This document shows, piece by piece, positions 62,901-64,000 of a DNA stretch of 64,000 nt. Source of the stretch: Priapulus caudatus (taxonomy: Eukaryota); the NCBI RefSeq assembly GCF_000485595.1, contig NW_014577070.1, positions 646,354-710,353 on the forward strand, in the 5' to 3' direction. The first letter of the stretch is position 1. Every line of letters begins with the position of its first letter. The translations under genes and the position numbers were made by a program. The notes below the pieces were generated by a model. It did no database searches, was not told where the DNA came from, and worked only from the letters and a program-made list of their open reading frames with translations.

Positions 62901-64000
62901 AAAGCTTATTAATTAAAAATTAAATTCTTAAACTTAATATACAATCGACTACAGTGTAGCCCCGTTATAACGCGATGGTTGGGGTCCATAAAATGTCCTC
63001 GCGAAAAAAGCAGGGTTGCGCTAAATAGGGGATATATATACGTGGCCATGTAAGAGCAAAAAAGGGGGTCCAACGACTCTTTACGTTATATCTGAATTTG
63101 CGTTAAATCGGGGCGCGTAAAATCGGGGTTCCACTGTATTTTAAACTAAGCGTTTTGCGGATATCCTTCGTATGTGTACGCAGTTGTGCTCTACCGCACA
63201 AATGCTTGCTGAAGTACCAATCCTACCATCTGTCCCTCAGGCACCCGACAGTGTTTTGCCGAGGCCAGAACCTCAGCCGCTGACAAAGACGCGTGTGCAT
63301 CAGCTGCCTCAGGCTGGCTTCATGTCGAAGACCAGCGTGCCGCAGCGTGGCTACTGGTCGGAGCCCGAGGAAGATTCCGAGCCAGAACCCGCGCGCAAAC
63401 TCACGTCCCTGCGCGTGATCCCGGCCCATCCCGCATCGGTACAATCCGAGCCGGGGGGTGGCGTCGAGGCGCGGCGAAGCATCTTTGAAAATATCACGAC
63501 CGAAGAGCACCACAAGAAGTTTACGGAAGATTACGACATCAAATACAAACAGGTATGCGTCGTCAGTTAGGAGCTCGGAACGGAAGCTGCACGACATTCA
63601 CCGACAGTCATAACGGAATTACGTTACAGACTACGAACGTAATTACGTTCGTACGAAATTACGGAATTACTTCGGACTACGAATTTTCGGTAGTAAGAAT
63701 TTTTCTGTCCGTTTCAGGTATTTGAGGAAGCGGCTCCACAGCCGGTACTAGCGGCGCCTCAGCCGCGGCCGGTGGCGCCCCCTCTTAAGCGCATGCATTC
63801 ACTGCCGCACTCAGGCTTCATGACGACAGCACAGGTAGGTTGTAGCACACTGTCGGGAACTAGCAGAGAGGCATTAAGCATACGAGTGAGAATTAGACGG
63901 TGTGTGGCAATCATTACAATGTGCTTTGCAGCGACTTTGAGGTGCTTATTACTCACATGTTTTATGTACAGCCATACCAGCAGTCATACCTATCCGACAC
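5224..64000 (+). CDS. Large multi-exon gene, partial at both ends: CCDC141/zormin-like spectrin-repeat N-terminal region followed by a titin-like PEVK-type repetitive region
   Basis: About 40 exons; introns are GT-AG except one GC-AG. Exons 5224-35024 join with consistent phases into ~1,080 aa without a stop. The first exons (SGEWIRVKIHQMEPDMLTVGS...; ...EVYQAMAESLGDAWKDLNAQLELRKVLL...; ...IEKMLEQLHDRRRRLEELW) resemble my recollection of the CCDC141 N-terminus (CGKWVQLQ..., VYDAMAETLGEAW..., LLELLQDRRRQL). Orthology not tested by search. Confidence 0.85.
6005..6200. repeat. (CAA)n microsatellite
   Basis: Direct inspection. Confidence 0.95.
7393..7449. repeat. (TA)n microsatellite
   Basis: Direct inspection. 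Confidence 0.95.
9257..9946. mobile_element. possible DINE-1/Helentron-like non-autonomous element carrying the microsatellite
   Basis: 5' TTTTTACTTGGTTAG, an imperfect inverted copy TTAACGAAGT ~35 nt later, the microsatellite, then 3' CCAAGTAA (9927-9934) complementary to the 5' motif. The 3' hairpin is weak. Confidence 0.3.
9377..9884. repeat. compound (GT)n/(GCGT)n/(GTGTGA)n microsatellite
   Basis: Direct inspection. Confidence 0.93.
11146..11384. mobile_element. PIF/Harbinger-type MITE
   Basis: ~60-bp imperfect TIRs (AGCTG(A/G)GTTTA...TGTCAAATTGGCGAATT...TTTCGCAA) flanked by TAA on both sides. Confidence 0.8.
14361..14667. mobile_element. foldback MITE with internal (CCCTAA)n
   Basis: TIR GGGTCGTTGTCGTATCAGGTACTACAGATATGTACCCGAGGTA; right arm interrupted by a nested insertion; flanks CTGCTCAA / CTGCCCAA. 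Confidence 0.82.
14560..14635. mobile_element. 76-bp nested mini-MITE with 7-bp TSD
   Basis: TIR CAAGAGTAGATAAT / ATTATCTACTCTTG; ATATCTG duplicated on both sides; removing it restores the host TIR. Confidence 0.8.
17833..17928. repeat. (TA)n microsatellite next to a 10-N gap
   Basis: Direct inspection. Confidence 0.95.
18339..18735. mobile_element. near fully palindromic foldback element with 8-bp TSD (hAT-like length)
   Basis: ~180-bp inverted arms (TACAGGCACTTGAAGCGTTTCAATAAAATATAATGCTAAC... / ...GTTAGCATTATATTTTATTGAAACGCTTCAAGTGCCTGTG), ~25-nt loop, GTAGCGGC at 18331-18338 and 18736-18743. Confidence 0.88.
21106..21315. mobile_element. foldback MITE with internal (TTAGGG)n
   Basis: IR CTCCATTAGGAGT(T/G)TTCCCAACTTT(A/G)AT(G/A)TCATTAATG; AATATTT direct repeat on both flanks. 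Confidence 0.75.
22186..22463. mobile_element. foldback MITE with internal (TTAGGG)n
   Basis: ~70-bp near-perfect TIRs AGGGTCTATGTCCCCC(A/G)GGGTACTGCCGGAACGTACCCTGGGTACGGTCCGGTATACCGGAACGTA; ~7 TTAGGG-like units inside. Confidence 0.88.
23416..23613 (+). CDS. exon 2 (spectrin-like)
   Basis: tttccacag / GAC|gtgagt; AKQENVVELLGQADTL...AFHQKADD; follows an 18 kb intron. Confidence 0.92.
24208..24316 (+). CDS. exon 3 (spectrin-like)
   Basis: tgttcag / A|gtaagc; FQDRMNQAQESF...IQQHQELRK; ends in phase 1, matching exon 4. Confidence 0.88.
24363..24681. mobile_element. hAT-like MITE in intron 3
   Basis: Perfect 13-bp TIR CAGAGATGCCAAC / GTTGGCATCTCTG; flanks TAACGT / TAACAT (possible 6-bp TSD with one CpG-type change). 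Confidence 0.72.
25739..25986 (+). CDS. exon 4 (spectrin-like)
   Basis: tctcgcag / CAG|gtgagg; (M)ILESSMHTLNEG...LEELWHRKKIQLEQCLQLRQIEHDVRQ. Confidence 0.92.
26023..26354. repeat. ~31-bp minisatellite, ~11 copies, partly alternating unit types
   Basis: Unit approximately GATGGTTAGAAGGATGTCATGACCGGGAGG(A/G). Confidence 0.9.
26549..26668 (+). CDS. exon 5 (spectrin helix A with conserved Trp)
   Basis: gtacgtag / AGA|gtaagt; ITEWLAKNGESYMDMTDLGESVNSAEQLQNQHNAFELAAR. Confidence 0.92.
26984..27175 (+). CDS. exon 6 (spectrin helices B-C)
   Basis: cctgcag / ACG|gtatgt; EVQDRVFKVVRNGDHLIHAGHPNSPEI...LDDRRRNLAMVVAFFKSAHT. Confidence 0.92.
27540..27743 (+). CDS. exon 7 (spectrin-like)
   Basis: tacgcacag / ATG|gtgagt; ALTKLDQIEVQL...GAGGVVSM. 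Confidence 0.9.
28174..28287 (+). CDS. exon 8 (spectrin-like)
   Basis: gtgtctag / AAG|gtatgt; VARLEEHCKKIESRC...FQERYNK. Confidence 0.88.
28512..28634 (+). CDS. exon 9 (spectrin helix A; GC donor)
   Basis: tttcccaacag / AAG|gcaagt; LNNWLVNVGQAFLASHHDMGSVHSTAKDFLELHERLAKDIK. Confidence 0.88.
28875..29237 (+). CDS. exon 10 (spectrin-like)
   Basis: ctgctgcag / CAA|gtacgt; ETDGLAQELG...LQQAWSTFAQRVDARI...FFAESSQ. Confidence 0.92.
29880..30056 (+). CDS. exon 11 (spectrin-like)
   Basis: ttgcgacag / AAG|gttggt; VQDSDLDVPRARSC...WEQFMIEARK. Confidence 0.88.
30777..30902 (+). CDS. exon 12a (candidate mutually exclusive exon)
   Basis: tttcttgtctccag / CAG|gtacac; TIDWVMKAENDQFPVIAGDLGGSLEGTQHFQRQLTEFEPTHQ; phase 0/0. 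Confidence 0.88.
30935..31063 (+). CDS. exon 12b (candidate mutually exclusive exon, homologous to 12a)
   Basis: ttatacttcag / CAG|gtaccg; AITNTMEMEKQPFGPNVAADLSKGLQATEEQNRMLEEFMPQAQ; phase 0/0; aligns end to end with 12a. Confidence 0.78.
31561..31749 (+). CDS. exon 13 (spectrin-like)
   Basis: ttgacag / CAG|gtgaac; RALQELETMIRMADSL...LNLAITFYKNLNQ. Confidence 0.9.
32236..32412 (+). CDS. exon 14 (spectrin-like)
   Basis: cttgtcag / CAG|gtgggt; VDAVIADQERDF...GEKVVQRVRQQ. Confidence 0.9.
32855..33004 (+). CDS. exon 15 (spectrin-like)
   Basis: tcgtggtag / AGG|gtgagt; DFGEVSMQDV...KRWEWLWDQRQKQLTQNLKLCTLKNDFTR. Confidence 0.88.
33143..33265 (+). CDS. exon 16 (spectrin-like)
   Basis: gcctattag / GAG|gtactg; ITGMIDDLDGQIQARKGQYGTSVQSAKMTSQVFIEFQKTLE. 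Confidence 0.88.
33884..34075 (+). CDS. exon 17 (spectrin helices B-C)
   Basis: ctcgtgacag / GAG|gtaagt; LLEVQIQKF...DGHYDAPAIRQNVTELQRKWSRF...LIEE. Confidence 0.92.
34076..34318. repeat. ~26-bp minisatellite, ~9 copies, starting at the exon 17 donor
   Basis: Unit approximately ATGTGTCACATAAGCATCACAGAGGT. Confidence 0.88.
34424..34607 (+). CDS. exon 18 (spectrin-like)
   Basis: tgtcacag / G|gtaagt; TESWCKHASMLL...ELSVQLY; ends in phase 1. Confidence 0.9.
34677..34892. repeat. 54-bp minisatellite, 4 copies, ending at the exon 19 acceptor
   Basis: Unit GTGGCAACGCGTAGGAGCGGTGGAATCGTTCCTGACCCATGTGTCACTCCTGTT. Confidence 0.95.
34897..35024 (+). CDS. exon 19 (end of helical region)
   Basis: ctgttgcag / CCG|gtaggt; (G)NQGPVMVEPIVVKNREIMESFWMINTELNKFVTNLQQPQIKP; phase-1 start matches exon 18. 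Confidence 0.88.
35362..35589 (+). CDS. exon 20 (Q/E-rich linker, VEFIVGI motif)
   Basis: aatgctag / CAG|gttatt; EILESIEEVHVPGQEVEFIVGITG...EHQQQPVQ; open, phase 0/0. Confidence 0.8.
36551..36745 (+). CDS. exon 21 (Q/E/T-rich, AEFIVGI motif)
   Basis: aatctcag / CAG|gttgtt; EPATEPGAYFPVDTAEFIVGITAM...TETQQQ; internal 18-bp VTRQET repeat. Confidence 0.75.
37753..38351. mobile_element. hAT-like MITE with 8-bp TSD; its 3' half is repeated at 45165-45336
   Basis: CCGTACTG precedes the 5' end (37745-37752) and follows the clean 3' end ...TACGCCCTTG in the duplicate (45337-45344). Copy 1 is corrupted by a poly-C tract. Confidence 0.65.
38417..38501 (+). CDS. exon A, copy 1 (indel-damaged as assembled)
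   Basis: Near-identical to the intact copy at 45408-45491; splice sites present; small indels break the frame. Confidence 0.55.
39176..39253 (+). CDS. exon B, copy 1
   Basis: ctaaacag / AAG|gtatgt; MQTAPEPQRSELEIQKKHEPVEFMVK. Confidence 0.78.
39399..39503 (+). CDS. exon C, copy 1
   Basis: gtgtacag acceptor; VDSEPPMVEEPISQTQ...FAPQQ; donor lacks one G relative to copy 2. Confidence 0.7.
40485..41084. mobile_element. Kolobok-like non-autonomous element, copy 1
   Basis: TTAA|AGGGA...TCCCT|TTAA with imperfect TIRs through CTCTAGG; internal inverted pair TACAGACCGAGGG / CCCTCGGTCTGTA. Confidence 0.65.
41432..41630 (+). CDS. exon D, copy 1 (P/Q-rich, indel-damaged)
   Basis: gtgtag acceptor; ITEIAIQPQQPQPTTFEEVELGVDVM...; paralogue of the intact exon E. 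Confidence 0.6.
42411..42617 (+). CDS. exon E, copy 1 (intact, P/Q-rich)
   Basis: atgtgtag / GAG|gtagaa; VMEIDIQPQQPQPATFEEVQFKVDVMAGEVGPAPQPPPTTQ...QLPQTE; 207 nt, phase 0/0. Confidence 0.8.
43284..43493 (+). CDS. exon F, copy 1 (P/Q-rich)
   Basis: Paralogue of exon E with the same acceptor context; ends QLPPSE|gtagaa; compensating indels mid-exon. Confidence 0.7.
45082..45129 (+). CDS. exon G, copy 1 (48-nt mini-exon)
   Basis: ccgtttag / CAG|gttcgt; APWAPQEQARPQAPLQ. Confidence 0.65.
45408..45491 (+). CDS. exon A, copy 2 (intact)
   Basis: gttgtag / CAG|gtaatc; MPQQFEEVQFQVGFQAEPMVLQPAAHPQ. Confidence 0.72.
46167..46244 (+). CDS. exon B, copy 2
   Basis: Same coding sequence as 39176-39253. 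Confidence 0.65.
46390..46494 (+). CDS. exon C, copy 2 (intact)
   Basis: gtgtacag / CAG|gtcagt; VDSEPPMVDEPISQTQVQQVKAEPITPQTPFAPQQ. Confidence 0.68.
47472..48057. mobile_element. Kolobok-like non-autonomous element, copy 2 (inside the duplication)
   Basis: Same element as 40485-41084, TTAA flanks. Confidence 0.6.
48401..48596 (+). CDS. exon D, copy 2 (indel-damaged)
   Basis: Matches 41432-41630; ends QLPQTE|gtagaa. Confidence 0.5.
49396..49601 (+). CDS. exon E, copy 2 (indel-damaged)
   Basis: Matches 42411-42617 with single-base indels. Confidence 0.5.
50294..50502 (+). CDS. exon F, copy 2 (indel-damaged)
   Basis: Matches 43284-43493. Confidence 0.5.
52178..52226 (+). CDS. exon G, copy 2 (indel-damaged)
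   Basis: Matches 45082-45129 with several indels. Confidence 0.4.
53283..53345 (+). CDS. exon H (first LPQAG motif)
   Basis: gtcgagcag / CAG|gtaagc; REEPTESMQQPLPQAGFFTHQ. Confidence 0.8.
53354..53479. repeat. 36-bp minisatellite, 3.5 copies, A/B alternation (72-bp higher order)
   Basis: GTTCACAGCTGTGCTAGTATTAGAGTTGAGCTCCTA alternating with GTTCACAGCTATACTAGTATTGTAGTTGAGCTCCTA. Confidence 0.92.
53720..53821 (+). CDS. exon I (LPQAG motif)
   Basis: aatgtccag / CAG|gtgcgt; TTMQADLEDQVQRQPMPSMQRQQLPQAGITSTVQ. Confidence 0.82.
54099..54437 (+). CDS. exon J (repeat module)
   Basis: ggctgcag / AAG|gttcgt; IPLRGAVVTEVE...RQQLPQAAVKATTK. Confidence 0.88.
55371..55760 (+). CDS. exon K (repeat module)
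   Basis: cgctgcag / AAG|gtaagt; VPDRGIYSEPESEGEEE...RQPLPQAGVLGQTK. Confidence 0.9.
56216..57973 (+). CDS. exon L (1,758 nt, several repeat modules)
   Basis: tcacgtag / CAG|gttagg; open 586 codons VPQHGVVSEVESDQE...LPQAGIMAKTQ; contains a 345-bp internal tandem repeat. Confidence 0.92.
58804..59682 (+). CDS. exon M (repeat modules)
   Basis: gactttcag / GAG|gtaaat; open 293 codons VPQIGHLSEPESE...PTIIAVVE. Confidence 0.9.
59885..62380 (+). CDS. exon N: large exon with ~7 tandem ~117-aa modules (frameshifted as assembled)
   Basis: atttgcag acceptor, CCC|gtaagt donor; repeats of VHQLPQAGFMSxTQ..EPEPEP..RRIFEDIRTEEEHKKFTEEHDIRVRQVVEEPEP; the clean unit has a 351-bp period (61227 to 61578). Confidence 0.8.
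62519..62856 (+). CDS. exon O (one module, indel-damaged)
   Basis: ccatttag / AAG|gtacgg; fragments VHQLPQSGFMSKTS..QRGYWSEPEE, KKIFE, KKFTEEHDIK. Confidence 0.72.
62952..63136. mobile_element. Tc1/mariner (pogo/Tigger-like) MITE
   Basis: TA|CAGTGTAGCCCCGTTATAACGCG ... CGCGTAAAATCGGGGTTCCACTG|TA: imperfect 23-bp TIRs with TA TSD. Confidence 0.85.
63241..63552 (+). CDS. exon P (one module)
   Basis: gtccctcag / CAG|gtatgc; APDSVLPRPEP...VHQLPQAGFMSKTSVPQRGYWSEPEED...HKKFTEDYDIKYKQ. Confidence 0.88.
63718..63834 (+). CDS. exon Q
   Basis: gtttcag / CAG|gtaggt; VFEEAAPQPVLAAPQPRPVAPPLKRMHSLPHSGFMTTAQ. Confidence 0.85.
63972..64000 (+). CDS. start of next exon (cut by the window end)
   Basis: ttttatgtacag then PYQQSYLSD.., the expected continuation of the module (PxxGYLSE). 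Confidence 0.6.

Noticed and set aside
54075..63597. Minus-strand and alternative-frame ORFs over exons J-P
   Set aside because: Shadow ORFs caused by the high GC3 of the real + strand exons.

Overview
Animal (invertebrate, plausibly lophotrochozoan) nuclear scaffold window, not prokaryotic. Almost the whole window is one large intron-rich + strand gene that begins upstream of the window and continues past its end. Exons at 5.2-35.0 kb splice in frame into about 1,080 aa of spectrin-like helical repeats; the first exons resemble, from memory, the N-terminus of vertebrate CCDC141 and insect zormin (titin/sallimus-associated). From 35.4 kb onward, phase-0 exons encode a long Pro/Glu/Gln/Val-rich region built from repeat modules I do not recognise (xFxV motif exons, then LPQAG...SEPE...EEHKK modules). 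I found no Ig domain in the window. Notable points are a homologous exon pair only 32 nt apart (candidate sterically enforced mutually exclusive exons), a GC-AG intron, several duplicated 3' splice-site regions whose upstream copies lack the AG, sharp exon-to-exon GC3 switching, and a ~7.2 kb tandem duplication of an exon block that may be an assembly artefact. The window also holds a tRNA-Cys(GCA), micro- and minisatellites, and several non-autonomous DNA transposons, three of them foldback elements with internal (TTAGGG)n. Regions 37.8-52.3 kb and 59.9-62.9 kb carry many indels typical of unpolished long reads, so frameshifts there are not reliable.
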